NCBI GenBank assembly: GCA_964016885.1
Contig: OZ024740.1
Coordinates: 58,962,001 to 59,026,000 of the forward strand
Length of the DNA: 64,000 nt
Direction: 5' to 3'
DNA from: Eledone cirrhosa
Taxonomy: Eukaryota
Shown here: in pieces, positions 12,201 through 24,645 of the stretch
Position numbering within the stretch: the stretch's first letter is position 1
Layout: each line of letters starts with the position of its first letter
The notes under the pieces: model-generated
What the model was told of the DNA's origin: nothing
The model's input: the letters and a program-made list of their open reading frames with translations, nothing else
Databases searched by the model: none
Position numbers and translations under genes: made by a program

Positions 12201-15200
12201 AAGTTGGTAGTGCTGGCCTCACAATAAAGTATACCCAGTACACCTTGTAAGTTGGTAGTACTGGCGTCACAATAAAGTATACCTTGTAAGTTGGTAGTGC
12301 TGGCGTCACAATAAGGTATACCCAGTACACCTTGTAAGTTGGTAGTACTGGCGTCACAATAAGGTATACCCAGTATACCTTGTAAGTTGGTAGTGCTGGC
12401 GTCACAATAAAGTATACCCAGTACACCTTGTAAGTTGGTAGTGCTGGCGTCACAATAAAGTATGCCCAGTTCACCTTGTAAGTTGGTAGTGCTGGCATCA
12501 CAATAAAGTATACCCAGTACACCTTGTAAGTTGGTAGTACTGGCATCACAATAAAGTATACCCAGTACACCTTGTAAGTTGGTAGTGCTGGCATCACAAT
12601 AAAGTATACCCAGTACACCTTGTAAGTTGGTATTGCTGGCGTCACAATAAAGTATACCCAGTACACCTTGTAAGTTGGTAGTGCTGGCATCAGAATAAAG
12701 TATACCCAGTATACCTTGTAAGTTGGTATTGCTGGCGTCACAATAAAGTATACCCAGTACACCTTGTAAGTTGGTAGTACTGGCGTCACAATAAAGTATA
12801 CCCAGTGCACCTTGTAAGCTGGTAGTGCTGGCGTCATAATAAAGTATACCCAGTACACCTTGTAAGTTGGTATTGCTGGCGTCACAATAAAGTATACCCA
12901 GTACACCTTGTAAGCTGGTAGTGCTGGCGTCACAATAAAGTATACCCATTACACCTTGTAAGTTAGTATTGCTGGCGTCACAATAAAGTATACCCAGTAC
13001 ACCTTGTAAGTTGGTAGTGCTGGCGTCACAATAAAGTATACCCAGTACACCTTGTAAGGTGGTAGTGCTGGCGCCACAATAAAGTATACCCAGTACACCT
13101 TGTAAGTTAGTATTGCTGGCGTCACAATAAAGTATACCCAGTACACCTTGTAAGTTGGTAGTGCTGGCGTCACAATAAAGTATACCCAGTACACCTTGTA
13201 AGTTGATAGTGCTGGCGTCACAATAAAATATACCCAGTACACCTTGTAAGTTGGTAGTACTGGCGTCACAATAAAGTATACCTTGTAAGTTGGTAGTGCT
13301 GGCGTCACAATAAGGTATACCCAGTACACCTTGTAAGTTGGTAGTACTGGCGTCACAATAAGGTATACCCAGTATACCTTGTAAGTTGGTAGTGCTGGCG
13401 TCACAATAAAGTATACCCAGTACACCTTGTAAGTTGGTAGTGCTGGCGTCACAATAAAGTATGCCCAGTACCCCTTGTAAGTTGGTAGTACTGGCGTCAC
13501 AATAAAGTATACCCAGTACACCTTGTAAGTTGGTAGTGCTGGCGCCACAATAAAGTATACCCAGTACACCTTGTAAGTTGGTAGTACTGGCGTCACAATA
13601 AGGTATACCTTGTAAGTTGGTAGTACTGGGGTCACAATAAAGTATACCCAGTACACCTTGTAAGTTGGTAGTGCTGGCATCACAATAAAGTATACCCAGT
13701 ACACCTTGTAAGTTGGTAGTACTGGCGCCACAATAAAGTATACCCAATACACCTTGTAAGTTGGTAGTGCTGGCCTCACAATAAAGTATACCCAATACAC
13801 CTTGTAAGTTGGTATTGCTGGCGCCACAATAAAGTATACCCAGTACACCTTGTAAGTTGGTAGTGCTGGCATCACAATAAAGTATACCCAATACACCTTG
13901 TAAGTTGGTATTGCTGGCGCCACAATAAAGTATACCCAATACACCTTGTAAGTTGGTAGTGCTGGCGTCACAATAAAGTATACCCAATACACCTTGTAAG
14001 TTGGTATTGCTGGCGCCACAATAAAGTATACCCAATACACCTTGTAAGTTGGTATTGCTGGCGTCACAATAAAGTATACCCAGTACACCTTGTAAGTTGG
14101 TAGTACTGGCATCACAATAAAGTATACCCAGTACACCTTGTAAGTTGGTAGTACTGGCGTCACAATAAAGTATACCCAGTACACCTTGTAAGCTGGTAGT
14201 GCTGGCATCACAATAAAGTATACCCAGTACACCTTGTAAGTTGGTAGTGCTGGCATCACAATAAAGTATACCCAGTACACCTTGTAAGTTGGTATTGCTG
14301 GCGTCACAATAAAGTATACCCAGTACACCTTGTAAGTCGGTAGTGCTGGCGTCACAATAAAGTATACCCAGTACACCTTGTAAGTTGGTATTGCTGGCGT
14401 CACAATAAAGTATACCCAGTACACCTTGTAAGTTGGTAGTGCTGGCATCACAATAAAGTATACCCAGTACACCTTGTAAGTTGGTATTGCTGGCGTCACA
14501 ATAAAGTATACCCAGTACACCTTGTAAGTTGGTATTGCTGGCGTCACAATAAAGTATACCCAGTACACCTTGTAAGTTGGTAGTGCTGGCATCACAATAA
14601 AGTATACCCAGTACACCTTGTAAGTTGGTATTGCTGGCGTCACAATAAAGTATACCCAGTACACCTTGTAAGTTGGTAGTGCTGGCATCAGAATAAAGTA
14701 TACCCAGTATACCTTGTAAGTTGGTATTGCTGGCGTCACAATAAAGTATACCCAGTACACCTTGTAAGCTGGTAGTGCTGGCGTCACAATAAAGTATACC
14801 CATTACACCTTGTAAGTTGGTATTGCTGGCGTCACAATAAAGTATACCCAGTACACCTTGTAAGTTGGTAGTGCTGGCGTCACAATAAAGTATACCCAGT
14901 ACACCTTGTAAGGTGGTAGTGCTGGCGTCACAATAAAGTATACCCAGTACACCTTGTAAGTTAGTATTGCTGGCGTCACAATAAAGTATACCCAGTACAC
15001 CTTGTAAGTTGGTAGTGCTGGCGTCACAATAATGTATACCCAGTACACCTTGTAAGTTGATAGTGCTGGCGTCACAATAAAGTATACCCAGTACACCTTG
15101 TAAGTTAGTAGTGCTGGCGTCACAATAAAGTATACCCAGTACACCTTGTAAGTTGGTAGTACTGGCGTCACAATAAAGTATACCCAGTACACCTTGTAAG

Positions 15201-18200
15201 TTGGTAGTGCTGGCGTCACAATAAAGTATACCCAGTACACCTTGTAAGTTGGTAGTGCTGGCGTCACAATAAAGTATACCCAGTACACCTTGTAAGTTGG
15301 TATTGCTGGCGTCACAATAAAGTATACCCAGTACACCTTGTAAGTTGGTAGTGCTGGCGTCACAATAAAGTATACCCAGTACACCTTGTAAGTTGGTAGT
15401 GCTGGCGTCACAATAAAGTATACCCAGTACACCTTGTAAGTTGGTAGTGCTGGCGTCACAATAAAGTATACCCAGTACACCTTGTAAGTTGGTAGTGTTG
15501 GCATCACAATAAAGTATACCCAGTACACCTTGTAAGTTGGTAGTACTGGCGTCACGATAAAGTATACCTTGTAAGTTGGTAGTGCTGGCGTCACAATAAG
15601 GTATACCCAGTACACCTTGTAAGTTGGTAGTACTGGCGTCACAATAAAGTATACCCAGTACACCTTGTAAGTTGGTAGTGCTGGCGTCACAATAAAGTAT
15701 ACCCAGTACACCTTGTAAGTTGGTAGTGCTGGCGTCACAATAAAGTATACCCAGTACACCTTGTAAGTTGGTATTGCTGGCGTCACAATAAAGTATACCC
15801 AGTACACCTTGTAAGTTGGTAGTGCTGGCGTCACAATAAAGTATACCCAGTACACCTTGTAAGTTGGTAGTGCTGGCGTCACAATAAAGTATACCCAGTA
15901 CCCCTTGTAAGTTGGTAGTACTGGCGTCACAATAAAGTATACCCAGTACACCTTGTAAGTTGGTAGTGCTGGCGCCACAATAAAGTATACCCAGTACACC
16001 TTGTAAGTTGGTAGTACTGGCGTCACAATAAGGTATACCCAGTACACCTTGTAAGTTGGTAGTGCTGGCGCCACAATAAAGTATACCCAGTACACCTTGT
16101 AAGTTGGTAGTACTGGCGTCACAATAAGGTATACCTTGTAAGTTGGTAGTACTGGCGTCACAATAAAGTATACCCAGTACACCTTGTAAGTTGGTAGTGC
16201 TGGCATCACAATAAAGTATACCCAGTACACCTTGTAAGTTGGTAGTACTGGCGCCACAATAAAGTATACCCAATACACCTTGTAAGTTGGTAGTGCTGGC
16301 CTCATAATAAAGTATACCCAATACACCTTGTAAGTTGGTATTGCTGGCGCCACAATAAAGTATACCCAGTACACCTTGTAAGTTGGTAGTGCTGGCATCA
16401 CAATAAAGTATACCCAATACACCTTGTAAGTTGGTATTGCTGGCGCCACAATAAAGTATACCCAATACACCTTGTAAGTTGGTATTGCTGGCGCCACAAT
16501 AAAGTATACCCAATACACCTTGTAAGTTGGTATTGCTGGCGTCACAATAAAGTATACCCAGTACACCTTGTAAGTTGGTAGTACTGGCATCACAATAAAG
16601 TATACCCAGTACACCTTGTAAGTTGGTAGTACTGGCGTCACAATAAAGTATACCCAGTACACCTTGTAAGCTGGTAGTGCTGGCATCACAATAAAGTATA
16701 CCCAGTACACCTTGTAAGTTGGTAGTGCTGGCATCACAATAAAGTATACCCAGTACACCTTGTAAGTTGGTATTGCTGGCGTCACAATAAAGTATACCCA
16801 GTACACCTTGTAAGTCGGTAGTGCTGGCGTCACAATAAAGTATACCCAGTACACCTTGTAAGTTGGTATTGCTGGCGTCACAATAAAGTATACCCAGTAC
16901 ACCTTGTAAGTTGGTAGTGCTGGCATCACAATAAAGTATACCCAGTACACCTTGTAAGTTGGTATTGCTGGCGTCACAATAAAGTATACCCAGTACACCT
17001 TGTAAGTTGGTATTGCTGGCGTCACAATAAAGTATACCCAGTACACCTTGTAAGTTGGTAGTGCTGGCATCACAATAAAGTATACCCAGTACACCTTGTA
17101 AGTTGGTATTGCTGGCGTCACAATAAAGTATACCCAGTACACCTTGTAAGTTGGTAGTGCTGGCATCAGAATAAAGTATACCCAGTATACCTTGTAAGTT
17201 GGTATTGCTGGCGTCACAATAAAGTATACCCAGTACACCTTGTAAGCTGGTAGTGCTGGCGCCACAATAAAGTATACCCATTACACCTTGTAAGTTGGTA
17301 TTGCTGGCGTCACAATAAAGTATACCCAGTACACCTTGTAAGTTGGTAGTGCTGGCGTCACAATAAAGTATACCCAGTACACCTTGTAAGGTGGTAGTGC
17401 TGGCGTCACAATAAAGTATACCCAGTACACCTTGTAAGTTAGTATTGCTGGCGTCACAATAAAGTATACCCAGTACACCTTGTAAGTTGGTAGTGCTGGC
17501 GTCACAATAAAGTATACCCAGTACACCTTGTAAGTTGATAGTGCTGGCGTCACAATAAAGTATACCCAGTACACCTTGTAAGTTAGTAGTGCTGGCGTCA
17601 CAATAAAGTATACCCAGTACACCTTGTAAGTTGGTAGTACTGGCGTCACAATAAAGTATACCCAGTACACCTTGTAAGTTGGTAGTGCTGGCGTCACAAT
17701 AAAGTATACCCAGTACACCTTGTAAGTTGGTAGTGCTGGCGTCACAATAAAGTATACCCAGTACACCTTGTAAGTTGGTATTGCTGGCGTCACAATAAAG
17801 TATACCCAGTACACCTTGTAAGTTGGTAGTGCTGGCGTCACAATAAAGTATACCCAGTACACCTTGTAAGTTGGTAGTGCTGGCGTCACAATAAAGTATA
17901 CCCAGTACACCTTGTAAGTTGGTAGTGCTGGCGTCACAATAAAGTATACCCAGTACACCTTGTAAGTTGGTAGTGTTGGCATCACAATAAAGTATACCCA
18001 GTACACCTTGTAAGTTGGTAGTACTGGCGTCACAATAAAGTATACCTTGTAATTTGGTAGTGCTGGCGTCACAATAAGGTATACCCAGTACACCTTGTAA
18101 GTTGGTAGTACTGGCGTCACAATAAGGTATACCCAGTATACCTTGTAAGTTGGTAGTGCTGGCGTCACAATAAAGTATACCCAGTACACCTTGTAAGTTG

Positions 18201-19085
18201 GTAGTGCTGGCGTCACAATAAAGTATACCCAGTACCCCTTGTAAGTTGGTAGTACTGGCGTCACAATAAAGTATACCCAGTACACCTTGTAAGTTGGTAG
18301 TGCCGGCGCCACAATAAAGTATACCCAGTACACCTTGTAAGTTGGTAGTACTGGCGTCACAATAAGGTATACCCAGTATACCTTGTAAGTTGGTAGTACT
18401 GGCTTCACAATAAAGTATACCCAGTACACCTTGTAAGTTGGTAGTGCTGGCATCACAATAAAGTATACCCAGTACACCTTGTAAGTTGGTAGTACTGGCG
18501 CCACAATAAAGTATACCCAATACACCTTGTAAGTTGGTAGTGCTGGCCTCACAATAAAGTATACCCAATACACCTTGTAAGTTGGTATTGCTGGCGCCAC
18601 AATAAAGTATACCCAGTACACCTTGTAAGTTGGTAGTGCTGGCATCACAATAAAGTATACCCAATACACCTTGTAAGTTGGTATTGCTGGCGCCACAATA
18701 AAGTATACCCAATACACCTTGTAAGTTGGTAGTGCTGGCGTCACAATAAAGTATACCCAATACACCTTGTAAGTTGGTATTGCTGGCGCCACAATAAAGT
18801 ATACCCAATACACCTTGTAAGTTGGTAGTGCTGGCGTCACAATAAAGTATACCCAATACACCTTGTAAGTTGGTATTGCTGGCGCCACAATAAAGTATAC
18901 CCAATACACCTTGTAAGTTGGTAGTGCTGGCGTCACAATAAAGTATACCCAATACACCTTGTAAGTTGGTTTTGCTGGCGTCACAATAAAGTATACCCAA
19001 TACACCTTCTAAGTTGGTAGTACTGGCGTCACAATAAAGTATACCTTGTAAGTTGGTAGTGCTGGCGTCACAATAAAGTATACTC
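6230..19085. repeat. 48-bp minisatellite array (~270 units)
   Basis: Consensus TATACCCAGTACACCTTGTAAGTTGGTAGT(A/G)CTGGCGTCACAATAAAG; recurrent SNP variants and 39-bp units lacking 9 bp. Confidence 0.99.
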
Positions 19086-19228
19086 AGTCCACTCTGTAAG
19101 TTGGTAAAGTTAGTCCCACAAAGTGCACCTAATCCACCCTGAAAGTTGGTAGTGCTGGTGCAACAGTAAAATGCACCCAGCCCACCCTGAAAGTTGGTAG
19201 TGCTGGTACCACGATTAAATGCACCCAG
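19086..19228. repeat. Diverged edge monomers of the 48-bp array
   Basis: About three degenerate units, e.g. GCACCCAGCCCACCCTGAAAGTTGGTAGTGCTGGTACCACGATTAAAT. Confidence 0.85.
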
Positions 19229-19436
19229 GGACTATGTTGAAATAGTCCCTGGAAAGAAACAATGCAGTTATTAATAAAAAGGTTTGAAATTAATGCATCC
19301 AAGATTTCACAGCTCTAGCATCACTCCTTCATAGTCAGCCCAATATCTTGGTCAGTCTATGAACTTTTCAGCCTATCTACTTTTCCAGCCTATGAACTTT
19401 TCAGCCAACCTTCGTATATTTCTTGTTATTTCTAAT

Positions 19437-19493
19437 TCTTTTACTCTTTTACCTGTTCCAGCCATCCGGCTGAGGCCATGCTGGGGCACAGCC
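19437..19493 (-). mobile_element. Short SINE 3'-end fragment
   Basis: TTACTCTTTTACCTGTTCCAGCCATCCGGCTGAGGCCATGCTGGGGCACAGCC resembles a common cephalopod SINE tail as I recall it; a more decayed plus-strand copy lies near 5135-5180. Confidence 0.5.
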
Positions 19494-19866
19494 GGCTAAA
19501 AAAATTTTTTCTTTTCTTTTTGTAATGTTTCTATCCCTTTGGTTAAATTTGTGATTTGTAGAAAAAGTAAGGAGTAAGAACCAAACTTAATAGCAGAAGG
19601 CAACAAATAAATAATAAAAAAAAAACAGCTTTCAGGAATTCCAGCTGAGCTGGAGGAAATGATCCACTATATCATTTCTTTCCTATTTTACGAAACCTTG
19701 TTATAATCGTTGCTGTAGCAAGCAACCACACCACTATTAGTTTTTGATTTATTATCAATGACAAAATAAACAGATGCAAATATTCTTTCAACAAATCAAC
19801 TTGTTTATTTGATCTCTCTATCTTTCCTACTTCCCTTCCTTTCTTTCTCCCTTCCACCTCTTTTAT

Positions 19867-19901
<35 letters not shown>

Positions 19902-19907
19902 AAACCT

Positions 19908-20744
19908 ATGACACTGGCTTCTGCTGCTATTCCTGTGGAAGGACATCAGAAACAACGACCCATGTCTTCCGCTCCCAGTACATCTCAACACCAACAACCT
20001 GTGACTGTGTCTTTCCCTACCATTCCCGTGGAGGAACATCATCATCACCAACAACAACAGCAGCAACAACAACAACAGCAGCAGCAACAATAACAACAAC
20101 AACAACCGACCAGTACAGATTTTGCAGAATTGCAACTAATGATTTCTGCTTTAAGAAGGGAAGTAACAGGAATAAAGGCAAGCATTCGGGTTGGACCCCA
20201 CAATGAGGGGTCTTATCGGAATGCCTTGCTAAAGAATCTCCCTGTACCTCTTGCCGTATCTGGCCACACTGAAAAGACTGCGGAATCTGCTACCCATGAA
20301 GTGATTGCCATTGGGGTACCAGAGGACAAGGCTGATCTTCAGGCATTTGCTGCCAGCTCAGCCAAGGACCTAGGCTGTGTCCCCCCAAAGGGAGCTCTCC
20401 GCCTTGGTTGACCTGGTCCAAAACCCAGACTCATCAGGCTGTCTTTTTCGAACCCCGCTGAGGCAATTTCATATCATCAGGCCGCTGTTAAAGCTGGGCG
20501 TGAAAATAGATTACCTTCCGAACACGCCCAGGCCTACCACCCCATATACGTCCAAAGCTACGTGCTGCAGCTATCCTTGAATCGGAACTCAGCACAACAT
20601 GAAAGTTTTAGTCTGCGTGATGATGGGCAGATCTGGAGGTTTGTTAAGGCTGGTGAAACGTGGAAGAGAGATACCAGCTGGTCTAAGTGTGCTCTACCCA
20701 CAATAACTAGCAATGAAAAAACTGCAACAACTCTGGGAAACTAA
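19908..20744 (+). pseudogene. CR1 ORF1-like protein with His/Gln tract, two premature stops
   Basis: One frame from ATG 19908 to TAA 20742-20744, interrupted by TAA 20091-20093 (inside a CAA run) and TGA 20409-20411; contains a coiled-coil-like stretch, VIAIGVPE and RLG.PGPKPRLIRLSF, typical of CR1/L2 ORF1. Confidence 0.7.
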
Positions 20745-20800
20745 ACCAGAACAACCTGCCATCCTCTACAGACCATCATAAACTGCAAGCAGGGTACAAA

Positions 20801-22954
20801 TTGTTGCCCTTAAATGCTCGCAGTTTATGCAACAAGATACATCTGTTTCACTCCTACATCAGAAGCATCGACCCTGACTTCATCACAGTCACTGAAACAT
20901 GGGCACATTCCTTACTTTGTGATGGGGTTTTCAGCATTACTGGGTACAACCTTTTCCGCAAGGACTGCATTAATTGCCGTGGTGGTGGTGTGATGGTCTA
21001 CATTCGTTCAAACTTTTCGGTAATTCCTTGCGTTGATTTGAACGAATCACAAGAAGAAGTTTTTTTTTGTGACATACGTATGACCATGTCAACACTTCTA
21101 CCATCAGGACACACAACTTTGCGATATCCTCAGAGCTGCTGCCAGGAAAACAGCCACTTATGTGTTTATTGCAGGTGACTTCAATCATCCTGAGATGGAT
21201 TGGGAAACCTTTCGTTGGCCACAAAGTGCAAACGATTTCCTTGAGCTAGTGCTGGACTCAAACTGGTCACAAGTAGTCACCTCTCCAACAAGAGGTGACA
21301 ACACTTTGGACCTGAACTTCACCACTACACCTGAAGTAATTATCAGTTGTACTACTGAGGAACCTCTAGGTGACTCTGATCATGCTATGATCATTGCCAA
21401 TCTGGCTCTTGCGGGCAGCAACAAAAACCAGAACCATCTCCAATCTGCTTGCTTTGATTGGAAGAAAGCAGATTGGAACTTGTACTGCACTGAGCTACAG
21501 CGCCCAAGCTGGCATGAGTTCTATAACTCTGGAGATGTGAAGACTATACTCCAGAGCATCCTGGACTCAATATGGATAGCGTGTGCAGCATCGGTGTCAC
21601 GTAAGCAGGAAAAAAACCACCCCAAAAGTGCAATTTGGGAAACTTCAGTGGTCCGACTTGCCAGGAAAGAACATCGGAATGCTGAATGGGAATATAAACT
21701 GCATAAATCAGATGCCAACAGAAAAAAAGCGGAATAAATCTTCTAACCATCTCAAGCAAGTGACAAAAAAGGCAGTGCTTCAATTTGAGCAGCGCATAGC
21801 AGCCAGCCCTGACAGTAAGGTGTTCTGGAAGTATGTTCACTCAAAGCAGAGGCCTCACTCTCCAGTTGGTCCTCTTCGCAATCCCCACACAAGCCAGATC
21901 ACTGACGATCCCAAAGAATGCGCAGAACTCATTGCTGAGTGCTATGCAAGCATTTTTACTGTTGAAAACCAGAATGTACCATCTCCACCATCTCTAACAT
22001 CAAATTCCATAACAACTATAGAATTTACACCTGCAATGTTATGACGTCACCTTAAGAATAAGCGCAACTATGCCTCCCCTGGTCTTGATGGTGTTACATA
22101 CCTGCTTCTCAAATGTGGCGGGTATTTCCTTTTGCACCAGCTTTCTTTCTTATTTCAATACTGTCTCAACAATGGTGCTACTCCGGAGCAGTGGAAAACT
22201 GCCAGTATCATTCCCCTGTCAAAAAGGGCAACGGCACGTCACCTGTCAACTATCGTCCAGTCAGTCTTACTAGCTGTATGGCCAAACTGATGGAATCCTG
22301 TGTCAGAGAAACACTTTGGAACTTCTGGAGCTCTCACAGCCTCATCCGGCCCTCGCAGTTTGGATTTATCCCTAACTCCAGCTGCTGTGATCAGCTTATC
22401 GAGTTCCTTGAAGTCATTACTCGGATCATGGGTGGATGTTGTTTACCTTGACTTCGCTAGGGCTTTTAATTATGTGCCACACAAAAGACTTATGGCAAAA
22501 CTCTCTGCAATGGGTGTGAGAGATGATCTTTTTAACTGGTTGAAATCCTTCATTCTCAGCCGAAAAGAAGTAGTCACGATTCTAGGACAGCATTCTTCAC
22601 CATATGAGATGTCATCTGGTGTACCACAGGGATCTGTTCTTAGTCCCCTTTTGTTTGTGGCATATATTAATGTCATAGATGCCAACTTAAAGAATGCCAC
22701 GATACTGAAATATGCAGATGATATCAAGCTGTACCTTGAAAATCAAAAGGACTGATCCTGAAATCTACAACTCTTTCCTACAATCAGACCTGGACACAAT
22801 GCAGCAATGGATCACAGACTGGCAACTGAAGCTGGCTGTGGACAAGTGTACCACCATGCATTTTGGGAGGAAAAATCCAGCATCCACATACTCCCTCCAC
22901 AACACTGATATCAAGAAGTCCTCTTGTGAACGTGACCTGGGCATTACTGTCAGC
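20801..22954 (+). pseudogene. CR1 ORF2 endonuclease/reverse transcriptase, multiple frameshifts
   Basis: Collinear ORF fragments 20801-21178, 21162-21737, 21583-22044, 22113-22451, 22300-22755 and 22712-22993 carry successive EN and RT motifs. Confidence 0.88.
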
Positions 22955-22957
22955 ACT

Positions 22958-24596
22958 GTTTTACGTCCGTTCTTCCACGCTAGCATGGGTTAGACGGTTT
23001 GTCCTGTTGTGGGCAATGTCTGGTCGGCTGACCTTGTCTTGCTCATACAGGAACTGATTCTGGCTTGATTTCTACAGCTGGATGCCCTTCCTAACACCAA
23101 CCTCATTTACAGTGAGTGCTGGGTACTTTTTTCTGTGGCACCTACACGTCCACTTTACAGTGTGGGTTAGGTGCTTTTTTGCTGTGGCACCTCTGCGACC
23201 ACTTTGCAGTGGGAGGGTGTGGGGACATATTGTCAATATGCTTCAGCTTCGGCTTATACCCATGGGGAGTCAGGTCTTCTGTATTACTGCGTGACGCCAT
23301 AGGTCACGGTCATGTGTCATCGCCTTTGAGAGGTGTAATTGGGTAAGGTCGGCTTTTAGCACCTCATGCCAGGTCTTCTTGGGTCTCCCCACCTGTGGTC
23401 TCCATTGACTTCTAGTGCTCTGCACCTTTTTATGCAGCTGTCATCCTTCAAATGCATCACATGTCCATACCAACGCAATTGCCTCTCCTGCACACAGCAT
23501 TTGATTCCTCTTATGCTCAGTATCTGTTTCAATTCATTTATGCTTTGCCGTTCACGTATATTACTATTACACATCCATCGGAGCATGCAGGCTTCGTTTC
23601 TTTCTAATCCACGCAAGTCTACCACCTTCAGTGCCCAGGTCTAACTACCATGTAACATTACTGTTCGTATACATGCATCATACAGTCTGCCTTTCATTTT
23701 GAGGGAAAAGCCTTTTGCAGCTAGCAGTGGCAGTGGGTCCCTGAACTTCTTCCATCCCGTTCTTACCCTAGTTATTGTACTTTCCGAACACCCACCCCCG
23801 CTGCTAATTCGGTCACCTAGGTAGCAGAAGCTGTCTACTGTTTCTACAGAGCCCTCCCAGAGATTGGTGGTACTTGTTTCCTGTGGCTGTTTGCTGCTTG
23901 CTGTCCCAGTACAGCTGCTGCATGTGAAGCCTACATTCTTAGTTAAGCTTCCTGAGATCCCGCTACATCTCTTGTGTACCCATTGTCATTGTTTGCATTT
24001 GGGGTAGAGAATGGTGTTCCTTCCTACACCTTTCCTACATACTGAGCAAGGCCATTTCCCTGAGGGGATCTGGGTTCTGTTTTCTCGTCTACTTACAAGG
24101 ACGTTAGTCTTTGTCATGTTGACTTTGAGACCCTTTCTTCCAAGTTTGGAATTTCTTCTCTAGTTCTACCATAGATTCAGCTATAAGTGTGAGGTCATCT
24201 GCATACAGAAGTTCCCATGGGCATCCGGTCTTAAACTCCTCTGTTATTGCCTGCAGGACTATGATGAACAAGAGAGGGCTAAGAGCAGAGCCCTGGTGGA
24301 CACCGACCTGTACGCTAAATTCCTCGCTATAGTCATTGCTAATCGTAACTTAGCTGACTGCTCCCCTATGCATGGCTTGTACAGCTTTCACAAGCCATTC
24401 ATCTACTCCTAGTTTTCTAAGAGCCCACCAGATTATAGCATGGGGAACTCTGTCAAAGGCTTTCTCAAGATCGACAAATGCCAGGTAGAGCGGCTTACAT
24501 TTAGCTAGGTACTTTTCCTGTAACTGCCTCACAAGGCTGAGAGCATCAGTGGTACCTCTTCCTGGCACAAACCCAAATTGCATCTCATCTTGTTTC
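22958..24596 (-). mobile_element. RTE/BovB-like LINE, subfamily B, 5'-truncated and decayed
   Basis: Minus ORFs 24350-24598 (QFGFVPGRGTTDA, FVDLEKAFDRVP) and 23356-23625 (LRWYGHVM); 3' UTR 22958-23355 differs from subfamily A and contains ~49-bp internal repeats. Confidence 0.9.
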
Positions 24597-24645
24597 ACCC
24601 GGAAGACTTTTTGTGTCTCTGTTTTGTCATTTCTTTGAACTATAA

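Larger units (their letters stand above)
19908..22954 (+). mobile_element. CR1-clade LINE (ORF1 + EN/RT ORF2), decayed, 3' end missing
   Basis: Two-ORF layout; ORF2 motifs NARSL.NK, VTETW, AGDFNHP..DW, PTRGDNTLDL, GDSDH, NYRPVSLTS, VDVVYLDF..AF..VPH, SGVPQGSVL.PLLF, YADDIKL, LQSDLD, ERDLGI. Confidence 0.9.

Noticed and set aside
6229-19005. Long minus-strand ORFs (516-2346 aa) as protein-coding genes
   Set aside because: Pure translation of a 48-bp unit, two frames open at once, no unique N- or C-terminal domain.
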